Shown here: positions 53,562-62,938 of the stretch, piece by piece
Layout of the letters: the number at the start of each line of letters is the position of its first letter
Numbering within the stretch: the first letter of the stretch is position 1
Source of the DNA: an uncultured Actinomycetes bacterium
Lineage (GTDB): Bacteria > Actinomycetota > Thermoleophilia > Gaiellales > Gaiellaceae
Reading direction: 5' to 3'
DNA length: 64,000 nt
Assembly: GCA_963717765.1 (NCBI GenBank)
Contig: CAVQWX010000006.1
Location: 16,379-80,378, forward strand
Notes under the pieces: model-generated
Seen by the model: only the letters and a program-made list of their open reading frames with translations
The model's database searches: none
What the model was told of the DNA's origin: nothing
Made by a program: the position numbers and the translations under genes

Positions 53562-56375
53562 GTGCTTGAGTACCGGATTCTCGGCCGGCTCGAGGTGGTG
53601 CGCGACGGCGAGGACGTCGCGCCGACCGCGGCGAAGGTCCGGTCGCTCCTTGCCGCGCTCCTGCTTCGTGCGAACGACGTGGTGTCAATCGATCAGCTCG
53701 TCGACGCGCTCTGGGGCGAGCGGCCCCCCGAGTCGGCTGGGAAGCTCCTGCACGTGTACGTGTCGCAACTTCGCTCCGCTCTGGGAGCGGACGAGCTCGA
53801 GACGGTTCCACCGGGCTACCGCCTTCGGGTCGCACCTGAGGCCTTCGACGCTGTGCGGTTCGAGCGACTTCGCGAGGAGGCTCGTCGCGCTCTCGCGGAC
53901 GATAACCCCGAGCTCGCAAGCGGGCTCGCAGGGCGCGCCCTCGGGCTCTGGCGCGGCGAGCCGCTGGCCGACGTCGCACCTACAGGGGCCGCTCAGGTGG
54001 AAGCGGGACGACTCGCCGAGCTGAGGATCGAGTGCCGCCTCGACCGGCTCGACGCCGAGCTCGCGCTTGGACGTCACGGCGTTGTGCTGCCGGATCTGCA
54101 GCAGCTGTGCGCCGAGCATCCTCTCCGGGAGCGCGTGCGGGAGCGCCTGGCGCTCGCCCTCTACCGCGGCGGCCGGCAGGCCGAGGCGCTCGAGGTCATC
54201 GCGGAGGGTCGCCGGCTGCTCCGTGACGAGCTGGGGCTCGAGCCAGGGGAAGGGCTGCGCCGGCTCGAACGGGAGATCCTCAACCAGGACCCCACGTTGG
54301 GAAGCCCGGCCACCACTCCAGGGCCGAGCCCCAGGATCCCGGTGCCGAGCTCGCGGTTGGTGGGGCGCAGCAAGGAGCTCCAACAGCTCACCGCGCTGGT
54401 TACGCGCGAGGACGTTCGGATCGTCACGATCAGCGGGGCGGGCGGAAGCGGCAAGACCCGGGTCGCGCTCGAGCTGGCGAGGACGGCGGGATCGGCGTTC
54501 GCCAACGGTGCAGCGTTCGTCGAGCTCGCGTCCATCCGCGATCCGACAATCGTGATCGCCACGGTCGCGCAGGCGCTCGGTGTCCCGGAGACCGCCGACG
54601 AGGGCCACCCCGCGTCGCTCGCGCGCTGGCTGACCGGCCGTGAGCTCCTGCTCGTCGTCGACAACCTCGAACACGTCGTCGACGCTGCCCCCGAGCTGGC
54701 GCGTCTGGTGAACGAAGCTCCGCGGCTGACGGTGCTCGTCACGAGCCGTCGAGTCCTGCACGTGGGCGGTGAGTACGTGTTCCCGCTGCAGCCGCTGCCC
54801 GAGAACGACGCGGTGCGCTTCTTCGCCGACCGAGCTGAGGCACGCGATCCGACGGCGGACGGCGGGCGGGGCGACGAGGAGACGATCCGTGCGATCTGCC
54901 GTCGGCTCGACTGCCTGCCGCTCGCGCTCGAGATCGCCGCGGCGCGCACGGCGACCCTCACCCCGAGCCTCTTGCTGGCGCGTCTCACGGAGGAGGTGAC
55001 GGCACTCGGCACCGCCCCCCGGGATGCGCCGGCGCGCCAGCAGACGCTCGCCGACACGCTCGCCTGGAGCACAGACCTGCTGGCCGAGGACGAGCGGCGC
55101 ACGCTCGCGCGACTCTCCGTGTTCGCGGGCGGCTGCTCGCTCGAGGCAGCTGAAGCGGTCTGCGAGGCGACCCTCGAGACTGTCGGCGCGCTCGTGGACG
55201 CGAGCCTGCTGCAGCGAACCGTGTCGGCCGACACCGTCCGCCTGACCATGCTGGAGACGGTGCGCGAGCACGCTGCCGAGCTCCTCGAACGCGCGGGCGA
55301 CCGGGCCGCTGTCGAGAGCGCACACGCCGCGTACTTCGCCGCGCTGGCCGAGAGCGCAACGGCCAGCAGCCGGTCCACCACGCAGCCATTCGACTTGTTC
55401 GACCTCGAGCTCGACAACTACCGCGCGGCGTGGGACCGCGCCGACTCGACCGGTGACGACGAGACGGCGCTTCGGCTCGCGACGCCGCTCTACTACTACT
55501 GGTACTTGAGTGGCTACCTCCGCGAGGGACGTGACCGCATCCGCCGTCCGCTCGACCGCGGCGCGGGCGACGGACGGCTGCAGTCGCTGGCACTTGGCGC
55601 GCTGGCGGGCCTGACCTGGCTGCTCGGAGATCCCTGCGAAGCCGAGAAGTTGGCGAAGCGTGGCATCGCGGTCGGAACGGCAGCCGCCGCACTCGACGCC
55701 GTGATGCGCTGCCACACCGTGCTCGGCATCGTCGCACGCGACCGCGGCGAGCTGGCCTCGGCGGCCGCGCATATCGAGCGGAGCGGTGCGCTCGCGGAGG
55801 AGCTCGGGCTCGAGGAGGCTGTGACCACCGCCAACACGAATCTCGCCGACCTGGCGCTGATGGCCGGTGACTTCGGCCAGGCGCGGCGCAGATGGGAGCA
55901 CACGCTCGCCCAGAACCGCGAACGCGGGCTCCACACCACCGTCATCCACGCCACGTCGAAGATCGAAGACTCATTTGCGCGACTCGGGCTTGGAGCGGTC
56001 GCCTATTACGAGGGACAGCTCGAGGAGGCGGCTGACCATTTCTCGCTGGTCCTCGAGCTGTCGGAGCGAGCAGGGTTCCGCCAGAACGTCGCCCTCGCGC
56101 TCGTCGGGCTCGCGGCTGTCGCCGCCGCACGCGGAGAGCACGTCGAGGCAGCACTCAAGCTCGGGCGCGCATCAGATCTGATCGCCGCCACGGGAGGAGA
56201 TCTGACGGGTGCGGAGGCCGATCTGTACCAGCGGGCTGAAGCTTCGGCCCTGGCGGGCCTCGGCGCCGAGCGCCTGGCCGAGCTGCTCGAGGAGGGACGC
56301 AACGCGTCCGGCGTGACCCCGAGAGCTCGTAGACTCGGCCACATGCCGCCGCCGAACTCCCCCCTTCGCTCATGA
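53562..56375 (+). CDS. AfsR/SARP family regulator: N-terminal wHTH + BTAD, central NB-ARC P-loop ATPase, C-terminal TPR
   Basis: MLEYRILGRLEVVRDGEDV...VRSLLAALLLRAN..VSIDQLVDALW; BTAD (LWRGEPLADV...RLDAELALGRH); P-loop ISGAGGSGKTRVALE. Confidence 0.88.
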   Translation: MLEYRILGRLEVVRDGEDVAPTAAKVRSLLAALLLRANDVVSIDQLVDALWGERPPESAGKLLHVYVSQLRSALGADELETVPPGYRLRVAPEAFDAVRFERLREEARRALADDNPELASGLAGRALGLWRGEPLADVAPTGAAQVEAGRLAELRIECRLDRLDAELALGRHGVVLPDLQQLCAEHPLRERVRERLALALYRGGRQAEALEVIAEGRRLLRDELGLEPGEGLRRLEREILNQDPTLGSPATTPGPSPRIPVPSSRLVGRSKELQQLTALVTREDVRIVTISGAGGSGKTRVALELARTAGSAFANGAAFVELASIRDPTIVIATVAQALGVPETADEGHPASLARWLTGRELLLVVDNLEHVVDAAPELARLVNEAPRLTVLVTSRRVLHVGGEYVFPLQPLPENDAVRFFADRAEARDPTADGGRGDEETIRAICRRLDCLPLALEIAAARTATLTPSLLLARLTEEVTALGTAPRDAPARQQTLADTLAWSTDLLAEDERRTLARLSVFAGGCSLEAAEAVCEATLETVGALVDASLLQRTVSADTVRLTMLETVREHAAELLERAGDRAAVESAHAAYFAALAESATASSRSTTQPFDLFDLELDNYRAAWDRADSTGDDETALRLATPLYYYWYLSGYLREGRDRIRRPLDRGAGDGRLQSLALGALAGLTWLLGDPCEAEKLAKRGIAVGTAAAALDAVMRCHTVLGIVARDRGELASAAAHIERSGALAEELGLEEAVTTANTNLADLALMAGDFGQARRRWEHTLAQNRERGLHTTVIHATSKIEDSFARLGLGAVAYYEGQLEEAADHFSLVLELSERAGFRQNVALALVGLAAVAAARGEHVEAALKLGRASDLIAATGGDLTGAEADLYQRAEASALAGLGAERLAELLEEGRNASGVTPRARRLGHMPPPNSPLRS

Positions 56376-56377
56376 CC

Positions 56378-56686
56378 AGACCGAGGCGCTCGCGCTCGAT
56401 TTAGGCCCGGTCTACGGGCCGCTCGTCGTATCGCGGCCGAGACGGGGCCTCAGGACAAACGAGTGGACGTCGCTCGAGCGGCGCGATGTCGACGCCGCGG
56501 TGCAGGCGCTACCGCCGCGGCTGGACACGCCGCTGCTGTTCTCCTCGACGCGTGGCGGGCACATTGCGCTCGACAACTGGCGGATTCGCGAGTGGTATCC
56601 GGCGCTGGACGCAGCCGGGATCGAACGGCGCGGGCCCTATGCGCTCCGGCACACCTTCGCGACCGAGGCGCTCGCCTGCCGGTAGC
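56378..56686 (+). pseudogene. tyrosine recombinase (phage-type integrase) fragment, frameshifted and truncated
   Basis: ...RRGLRTNEWTSLERRDVD... and ...GPYALRHTFATEALA are catalytic-domain boxes. The upstream part is out of frame, and the H and Y boxes at the C-terminus are missing. Confidence 0.65.
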
Positions 56687-56689
56687 TAG

Positions 56690-57760
56690 TTGTCCTACCC
56701 ACGGACGTTGTGAACGCGGCTGATCGGTGGCCGGTCTCCGAGTGAGCTGTGCGGCCGTCGCCGGTTGTAGTAGTCGAGCCAGTGTGGCAGAGCGGCGTTG
56801 CGGTGTCGATGGGTGCGGTAGGCGAGACCGTAGGCCCACTCGCGGGCCATCGTCTGGTGGAAGCGTTCAACCTTGCCGTTCGTTCGCGGCCGATACGGCT
56901 GAGTGGTGAGGTGGCGGATGCCCTGGCGGGCGAGCAGCTCGGCCAGTGAGCGGTTGCGGACATAGCTGAAGCCGTTGTCGGTCATCAGCCGTTTGGCGAC
57001 GATCCCTCGCTCGGCGAAGAAGGCGAGCGCCCGCTCGACGAAGGCGGTCACCGTGGCTGCCTTGTCGTCATCGTGCAGCTCGACGTAGGCGATCCGCGAG
57101 TGGTCGTCGACGATCGCGTGCGCGTAGTCGTACCCGACCCTCGTCTCCGGGCGCATCCACTGTCGGCCGCGCTGGGAGCGGTCGCCGGTGAAGCGGTGTC
57201 CGGGCCGCAGGAAGCGCGCGTAGCGGCTGACGTCCATGTGCAGCAGGTCTCCCGGGCAGGGCCACTCGTAGCGGTTGGCCGGCTCCCGCGCGGGTGTGCG
57301 CGGCCGCGAGATCCCCGCACGCTTCAGCACCTTCCACACGGTCGAGTGGGCGAAGCCGGTCGCCCCGGCAACCAGGCGCGGCCCCCACCCGGTTCGGCGC
57401 CGGCACTCGCAGATCGTCTCGGCGAGCTCGCCCGAGAGCTGCCGGGGCGATCGGTGCGGCCTGCTCGAGCGATCGAACAGGCAGGCCAAGCTCGCCCGTG
57501 CCTCCTCGCCCGCCTCCAGCCAGCGGTGCCACCAGCGGTGTGCCGTCGCGGGCGAGACGCTGAACGCGGCCGCGGCCGCCTTCAGCGACATCCCCTCGCC
57601 GATCGCGCATACCAGCGCGTAGCGGCCAGCCAGTCCGAGCTTGGCGTTACGGTGAAACGACATCCGAGCCCTCCTTTGGGCGTAGGTCCGGGAAGACCCA
57701 CAGCCTCAAAGGAGGGCCGGATATCACCTCAACCGTTCACAACCTGTATAGGCGGGACAG
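56690..57760 (-). mobile_element. IS481-family insertion sequence (1071 bp) with imperfect terminal IRs and CTAG flanking duplication
   Basis: Left end TTGTCCTACCCACGGACGTTGTGAACG. The reverse complement of the right end is CTGTCCCGCCTATACAGGTTGTGAACG. CTAG lies directly outside both ends (56686..56689 and 57761..57764). Confidence 0.85.
56695..57663 (-). CDS. IS481 family transposase (HTH + rve integrase core, DDE)
   Basis: WHRWLEAGEEA, LLHMDV, DDHSRIAYVEL, TDNGFSY, YRPRTNGKVERFHQT and YNRRRPHSSLG. Confidence 0.9.
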   Translation of the reverse strand: MSFHRNAKLGLAGRYALVCAIGEGMSLKAAAAAFSVSPATAHRWWHRWLEAGEEARASLACLFDRSSRPHRSPRQLSGELAETICECRRRTGWGPRLVAGATGFAHSTVWKVLKRAGISRPRTPAREPANRYEWPCPGDLLHMDVSRYARFLRPGHRFTGDRSQRGRQWMRPETRVGYDYAHAIVDDHSRIAYVELHDDDKAATVTAFVERALAFFAERGIVAKRLMTDNGFSYVRNRSLAELLARQGIRHLTTQPYRPRTNGKVERFHQTMAREWAYGLAYRTHRHRNAALPHWLDYYNRRRPHSSLGDRPPISRVHNVRG

Positions 57761-57764
57761 CTAG

Positions 57765-58316
57765 TAGCCGTAAGCGCTGGCCCGGTGGTGCCGTTGCGCC
57801 ACACCTTGCGCAGGATCGTGTGCGGCGGGTAGTCGGGCGTAGGCTCGCTCGCTGCGAGAGGCTGTGGCTGCATGGGCTCGGTGAGTTGAAAGCCGCTGCG
57901 GTAGCGCTACGACGGCGTGTGGTCGCCGCTCCCTTGATGGGGACGCTCGTCGTTGTAGTGCTGCCTGAAGCCGTCGAGGAGCGCCTGGAGCTCGGTGAGG
58001 TCGCCGGGCACCTGCTGCTCTGCGAGCCACTCCTTGAGCGTCCGGTGGACACGCTCGAGCTGCCGAGCGTCTGGGGATGCGCGGGAGCCGAGGTCAGGTG
58101 CTTGACGCCGGCCTTGGCCAACTGGCGCTCGAAGGGAACAGTGACGTCGTGCCGACGGCCGGTGGAGCAGGCGTGGTTGTCTGAAGGCAGCTGCCGCGGG
58201 AGGCCATAGGCCGACGCCGCCTGGCGGAAGCAGCCCCAGGCCGCCTCCGCACTCGGACTGCGGCAGTGGCGCTCGCCGTCGACGACCTCGAGCTGGCCGA
58301 GTACCCGGTACTCCAA
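57765..58316 (-). pseudogene. older rve-type transposase remnant (frameshift plus internal stop), fused to the first ~16 codons of a destroyed SARP gene
   Basis: YGLPRQLPSDNHACSTGR...FERQLAKAGVKHLTSAPAHPQT, frameshift, then ERVHRTLKEWLAE...YNDERPHQGSGDHTPS-stop-RY.... The 5' end LEYRVLGQLEVVDGER (TTG start at 58316) looks like a SARP N-terminus. Confidence 0.65.
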
Positions 58317-58607
58317 CTGCCTGCCTCCTGACGTCTTCGCGAGAGCAGCGCTCGACCAAGCCTCGCTCGAGCAAGTTTAAGGCTGCACATGCACGCGGCA
58401 CCCGCAACCGCCCGTGTCCTTCGGCCGACGCTGGATTAGCGCTGTTCTGCGAATGAAGATCCAGGTTGTGGGCTGGAAGCAACCATACGAGGCGGCGCAG
58501 TAGACGTCTCCCATCCGTCACGTGGAGATAGGGCAGGTAGCCGGCTGATGCATGCGACGTCTCCTGCCGGACGGGAATGGCCGCCTGGCACTCGGTTTTG
58601 GGCGGCT

Positions 58608-58624
58608 CTTAAGCCGGGCTAAAG
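58608..58624 (+). promoter_or_regulatory. candidate activator box CTTAAG-N5-CTAAAG
   Basis: Same 11-nt spaced hexamer pair as at 50331 and 63073, 95 nt upstream of ATG 58703. Confidence 0.3.
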
Positions 58625-58702
58625 CGGAGACCGGCACTCTCCGCGGTGCGCTTCAGCACTTGAACGGCATGTGCGCGGCGGTCAAGAAGGCAAGGAGGAG
58701 AC

Positions 58703-59650
58703 ATGCACACTCGCACGAGATCGGCAATCCTCGTCGCAGCGCTCGCAGCCGCGAGCGTCCTGTTCATCGGCACGCCGGGGGCGATCGCAACCCAGGGTCA
58801 GTCAGTGCTGGCCGGAATGCAAAACACCGCGGCGAGCTCGACCATCGTCGTGAATGAGACCTATGTGCCGGCGTCCGAGTGCCACCCCAGCGACAGCGCG
58901 GTCGGCTTGGTCGCATGTGGCCTGCTCGGCGTTTGGGGCTTGAGTCCGTCTTCGTTCGGCGTCGGCATCGAGGGTGATGCCATAGGGTCGAACGGGATCG
59001 GCGTCGGGGGTTATGCCCACGGGTCGAACGGCGTCGGTGTCTGGGGCTTCTCAGCGAAGGGCGACGGGATCGAGGCGCTCACGCGAGCCACGAACAGGTC
59101 GGCGCTCTTTGCCCACCATGACGGGTCGGATCCCGGCTACGGGGTGTTCGCGCGCGCGAACGTCGGCACGGGCATCAGCGGAGGGAGCAGCTCCGGAGAC
59201 GGGATCGAAGGCGTCACCTCCACGCTCGACAAGTCTGCCGTGTGGGCGCATCACGACGGTTCGAGTTCGGGCTGGGGCGTCCATGCGAACGCGCAGGTCG
59301 GGACGGGCGTCCACGCGGAAGGCAGCCTCTACGGGCTGTACGGCGTGACGACGACCGCAAGCGGGACCGGCGTCCGCGCCGTCAACTCGGCGCCGGGCGG
59401 GACTGCCCTGCGGGTGGACGGCAAGGCGAGTTTCAGTCGCAGCGGCATCACCACGATCGCGGCGGGCACAGCATCGATGACGATCAGCCTTGCCGGAGTG
59501 TCCACGTCGAGCATGGTGGTCGCGACCGCGCAGCAGAACGGGGACGTGTTCGTGAAGGCGGCCGTCCCTGCGGGAGGGTCGTTCAAGCTCTTCCTGAGCG
59601 GCAACGCACCCGCGGGGGGTTTGAAGGTGGCGTACTTCGTCTTGAACTAA
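58703..59650 (+). CDS. secreted Gly-rich repeat (beta-helix-like) protein of unknown function
   Basis: RBS AGGAGGAGAC; signal ending AIATQGQ. Repeated G-x-G-V/I-x-G units (GVGIEGDAIGSNGIGVGGYAHGSNGVGVWGFS...), and a C-terminal beta domain ending KVAYFVLN. Confidence 0.75.
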   Translation: MHTRTRSAILVAALAAASVLFIGTPGAIATQGQSVLAGMQNTAASSTIVVNETYVPASECHPSDSAVGLVACGLLGVWGLSPSSFGVGIEGDAIGSNGIGVGGYAHGSNGVGVWGFSAKGDGIEALTRATNRSALFAHHDGSDPGYGVFARANVGTGISGGSSSGDGIEGVTSTLDKSAVWAHHDGSSSGWGVHANAQVGTGVHAEGSLYGLYGVTTTASGTGVRAVNSAPGGTALRVDGKASFSRSGITTIAAGTASMTISLAGVSTSSMVVATAQQNGDVFVKAAVPAGGSFKLFLSGNAPAGGLKVAYFVLN

Positions 59651-59665
59651 CCGATCGGAGGGGAA

Positions 59666-61336
59666 ATGAAGCACGCTTTGCATAGACAACCAGCAGCTTG
59701 GCTGGCGGGAGTGTGTACCTGTCTCGGCCTGGCGCTAATCGCCTCGCCGGCCTTTGCCGGCGACGCGCGCTCGAGCGCCGGAGCCCCGTGGCTGACGACC
59801 GGAAACTCGATCAACTCGAACGACTGGCTTGGAACGCTGAACAGCGCCCCGCTCACGTTCAAGACGAACGACGTCGAGCGCATGCGCATCACCAACGCGG
59901 GAAAGATCGGGATCGGCACGAGCTCACCCGCCGATCCCCTGTCGCTGAAGACGGCCACGAACAGCTACGGCTTGACGCAGACCGACGGGACGACCACGGT
60001 CGGCACCTGGGTTGGCGCCGGCAACAGCGGCACCTCGAGCGGCTGGCTCGGCACCAAGACGGATGACCCGCTGCAGTTCTTCACCGGTAACGGAGGCACG
60101 CAGATGACGCTCGCCACGAACGGGAACGTGGGTGTCGGCACGACGACGCCTCCGGACCGGCTCACTGTGAAGACCGCCTCCGGCAGTTACGGACTGACCC
60201 ACACGGACGGCTCGACGACCGTGGGGACGTATGTCGGCGGCGGCGGCGGCTGGCTCGGGACGAAGTCCTTCAGCCCGCTGCACTTCTTTACCGCCGACGG
60301 CGTGCCGTCGATGACGCTAACCACGAACGGGAACGTGGGCGTCGGTACGACGTCGCCCAGCGACAAGCTGAGCATCAGGACGGGCACGAACAGCTACGGC
60401 GTCACGCAGTCCGACGGGACGACTACGGTCGGGACCTGGGTCGGCGCCGGCACCAGCGGCATCCGGAGCGGCTGGCTCGGTACGAAGACGAACCACCCGC
60501 TGCGGCTGTTCACGTCAAACGGATCCGCGCCGCTGAACATCTACCCGAGCGGCGAGGTCGGGATCGGATCGTATTACCAGTACGGGGTCAAGCTCAGCGC
60601 TCGCAGTGGGACTACCGCCGATGCGGGGCGCTTCGAGAACACGACGTCCGGGCGGGCGATCACGGCGACGAGCGACAGCGGGGACGCGATCCTCGGTCGC
60701 TCGTATTCGACCAGCGGCTTCGGCGCGTCCGGGGGCGTCGGCGTCGACGGGGAAGCGCAGAACGGTGTCGGCGTCTACGGGTACGCCGCGCGGGGCGGTG
60801 TCGGAGTCTACGGAGCGGTGGGCAACAGCGGAGGATGGGCTGGGCTATTCCAGGGCGACATCGGGGTCAGCGGCGACGTTATTCAGACACAGGACAGTCC
60901 GCTCGACCCTGCAAACAAGACCCTTTCGTCCGCGCCGGTCGACGCGAACGAGCGGCTCAACGTGTTCAGCGGCAACATCGTCACAGGCCGCGCTGGGAAG
61001 GCTCTCGTCCGGCTGCCGGGCTACTTCTCGGCCGCCAACACGGATCCGCGCTACCAGCTGACGGTCGTAGGGCAGTTTGCGCAGGCGATCGTGGCACGCA
61101 AGATCGATCACAGCACGTTCGTGATCCGAACCAACAAACCGAAGGTCGAGGTGTCCTGGCAGGTCACCGCCGTCCGCAACGATCCCTGGTCCAAGGCACA
61201 CCCGTTCCGGGCCGTGCAGGACAAAGCAGTGGCCCAGCGAGGTAAGTACTACACGCCGTCGGCCTACGGAAAACCGGCGCGGGACAGCATCGCGCCATCT
61301 CCGAACGCCGATGCCTCGACGGGGACCCGACCGTGA
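59666..61336 (+). CDS. secreted tail-fibre-like repeat protein with conserved uncharacterised C-terminal domain
   Basis: Signal ending AFAG. Three ~72-aa modules contain NVG(I/V)GTT.P.D(K/R)L, as in phage tail-fibre/endosialidase-chaperone-associated repeats. Next comes a Gly-rich GVGVYG segment. The C-terminus is DPANKTL.SAPVDANERLNVFSGN...RYQLTVVGQFAQAIV...VSWQVTAVRNDPW. Confidence 0.8.
   Translation: MKHALHRQPAAWLAGVCTCLGLALIASPAFAGDARSSAGAPWLTTGNSINSNDWLGTLNSAPLTFKTNDVERMRITNAGKIGIGTSSPADPLSLKTATNSYGLTQTDGTTTVGTWVGAGNSGTSSGWLGTKTDDPLQFFTGNGGTQMTLATNGNVGVGTTTPPDRLTVKTASGSYGLTHTDGSTTVGTYVGGGGGWLGTKSFSPLHFFTADGVPSMTLTTNGNVGVGTTSPSDKLSIRTGTNSYGVTQSDGTTTVGTWVGAGTSGIRSGWLGTKTNHPLRLFTSNGSAPLNIYPSGEVGIGSYYQYGVKLSARSGTTADAGRFENTTSGRAITATSDSGDAILGRSYSTSGFGASGGVGVDGEAQNGVGVYGYAARGGVGVYGAVGNSGGWAGLFQGDIGVSGDVIQTQDSPLDPANKTLSSAPVDANERLNVFSGNIVTGRAGKALVRLPGYFSAANTDPRYQLTVVGQFAQAIVARKIDHSTFVIRTNKPKVEVSWQVTAVRNDPWSKAHPFRAVQDKAVAQRGKYYTPSAYGKPARDSIAPSPNADASTGTRP
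59894..60547 (+). repeat. three tandem ~216-nt coding modules inside gene 59666
   Basis: Modules begin NAGKIGIGTSSPADPLSLKTATNSYGLTQTDGTTTVGTW, NGNVGVGTTTPPDRLTVKTASGSYGLTHTDGSTTVGTY and NGNVGVGTTSPSDKLSIRTGTNSYGVTQSDGTTTVGTW. Confidence 0.8.
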
Positions 61337-61347
61337 GCTGACCGGAA

Positions 61348-61385
61348 CGCCGCGCGCGCCGCCGATCGCACCGGCGCGCGCGGCG
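61348..61385 (+). terminator. strong GC hairpin after gene 59666
   Basis: cgccgcgcgcgccg - 10-nt loop - cggcgcgcgcggcg is a perfect 14-bp stem, 12 nt after the stop. No U-tract (I-shaped type). Confidence 0.5.
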
Positions 61386-61486
61386 GACATTCGGTTACCA
61401 CTAGGGACTTCCCCGATGCGCCGGTCGCACCGGCGGCGTAGCGTGGTGGTCAAAGGGCGTGATTGGAGGAGAAATGAGACATCTCT

Positions 61487-62737
61487 TTGGAGAAAGGCGA
61501 AGCGCCACGTACTGGCTGGTCGCGCGCCTGCCTCGGCCTGCTGCTGGTCGCTACGCCGGCGCTCGCCGGCGGCGCCCGGACGAGCGCAGGCGGGCCGTGG
61601 CTGACGACCGGAAACTCGATCAACTCGAACGACTTCCTGGGCACGCTGAACAGCGCCCCGCTGACGCTGAAGACAAACGGCGCCGAGCGCATGCGCATCA
61701 CGAACGCGGGGAAGATCGGAATCGGCACGAGCTCACCCGCCGATCCCCTCTCGCTGCACACCGCCACGAACAGCTACGGCCTGACGCACACGGACGGCTC
61801 GACCACGCTCGGCACCTATGTCGGCGCCGGCAGAGGCTGGATCGGCACCAAGTCGAACAGTCCGCTCAGCTTCTTCACGAACAACGGCGGCCCGCTCATG
61901 ACGCTCCTGGCCTCTTCGGGGAACGTCGGGATCGGCACGACGCTGCCCAACGACAAGCTGGCCGTGCGGACGGCCACGAACAGCTACGGCGTCACCCAGT
62001 CCGACGGGACGACGACGGTGGGGACCTGGGTCGGCGCGGGCGGTAGCGGCATCCCCAGCGGCTGGCTCGGCACGAAGACGAACCACCCGTTGCGACTGTT
62101 CACGAGCAACGGATCCGCGCCGCTCAACATCTACCCGAGCGGGGAGGTCGGCGTCGGCTCGTACCTCCAGTACGGAGCCAAGCTCAGCGTACGCAGTGCG
62201 ACGGGCGCCGACGCCGGACGCTTCGACAACACGACTGCAGGGCGCGCGATCACGGCGACGAGCGCCGCTGGGGACGCGATCCTGGGTGTCTCCAGCAGAC
62301 GGATCGACCCCGCACACAAGACCCTCTTGTCCGCACCGGTCGACGCGAACGAGCGGCTCAACGTGTTCAGCGGCAACGTCGTCACCGGCCCCGGTGGCAA
62401 GGCTCTCGTGCCGCTGCCGGCCTACTACTCGGCCGCCAACAAAGATCCGCGCTACCAGCTGACCGTGGTCGGGCAGTTCGCGCAGGCGATCGTCGGACGC
62501 GAAATCGAGGGCAACACGTTCACGATCCGCACGAACAAGCCGAACGTGAAGGTGTCCTGGCAGGTGACCGCAAAGCGGAACGATCCCTGGTCGAAGGCGC
62601 ACCCGTTCCGGGCCGTGCAGAACAAGACCGCGGCTCAGCGAGGCAAGTACTACACGCCGGCGGCCTACGGGAAAACGGCGCGGGACAGCATCGCTCCACC
62701 TCCGAACGCAGTCGCGTCAGCTCCAAAGAGGCGGTGA
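61487..62737 (+). CDS. secreted tail-fibre-like repeat protein, shorter paralogue of 59666
   Basis: Same N-terminal, module and C-terminal domain sequences. It has two modules and lacks about 65 aa of the Gly-rich segment (junction ...AILGVSSRRIDPAHKTL...). The track start is TTG 61487. The ATG at 61474, with RBS GGAGGAG, is out of frame with the body. Confidence 0.75.
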   Translation: MEKGEAPRTGWSRACLGLLLVATPALAGGARTSAGGPWLTTGNSINSNDFLGTLNSAPLTLKTNGAERMRITNAGKIGIGTSSPADPLSLHTATNSYGLTHTDGSTTLGTYVGAGRGWIGTKSNSPLSFFTNNGGPLMTLLASSGNVGIGTTLPNDKLAVRTATNSYGVTQSDGTTTVGTWVGAGGSGIPSGWLGTKTNHPLRLFTSNGSAPLNIYPSGEVGVGSYLQYGAKLSVRSATGADAGRFDNTTAGRAITATSAAGDAILGVSSRRIDPAHKTLLSAPVDANERLNVFSGNVVTGPGGKALVPLPAYYSAANKDPRYQLTVVGQFAQAIVGREIEGNTFTIRTNKPNVKVSWQVTAKRNDPWSKAHPFRAVQNKTAAQRGKYYTPAAYGKTARDSIAPPPNAVASAPKRR

Positions 62738-62748
62738 CATTCAGCGCA

Positions 62749-62780
62749 CGCTGCGCGCCGCCCACCGGCGGTGCGCAGCG
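62749..62780 (+). terminator. GC hairpin after gene 61487
   Basis: cgctgcgcgccgcc-cacc-ggcggtgcgcagcg gives a 14-bp stem including one G-U pair, 12 nt after the stop. Confidence 0.45.
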
Positions 62781-62854
62781 GCCCCGCACTGGTCGGGCGC
62801 ATCCAAACAGGTAGGTGGATCAACAGCAAACCGCTCGGCCTGGCCGAGGTGCAA

Positions 62855-62938
62855 GGTGCCACGAACGAGCCCCCGTATCCGACGGAGTTTCGCCGAGAGG
62901 CGGTCCGGCTGGTCAAAGAAAGCGGCAGGTCGCAGCGG
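62855..62938 (+). pseudogene. short fragment of an IS3-family OrfA (HTH transposase) N-terminus
   Basis: PYPTEFRREAVRLVKESGRS resembles the OrfA pattern YS.EFK.EAVRLV.ESG.S. Only about 25 codons, abutting the regulator-remnant repeat. Confidence 0.4.

Noticed and set aside
53685-55949. 754-aa minus-strand ORF
   Set aside because: It is antisense to the SARP/NB-ARC regulator 53562..56375 and has no motifs.
58552-58857. 101-aa plus-strand ORF upstream of and overlapping gene 58703
   Set aside because: It is out of frame with, and overlaps, the well-supported signal-peptide start at 58703, which has a strong AGGAGG RBS. The translation is Arg-rich.
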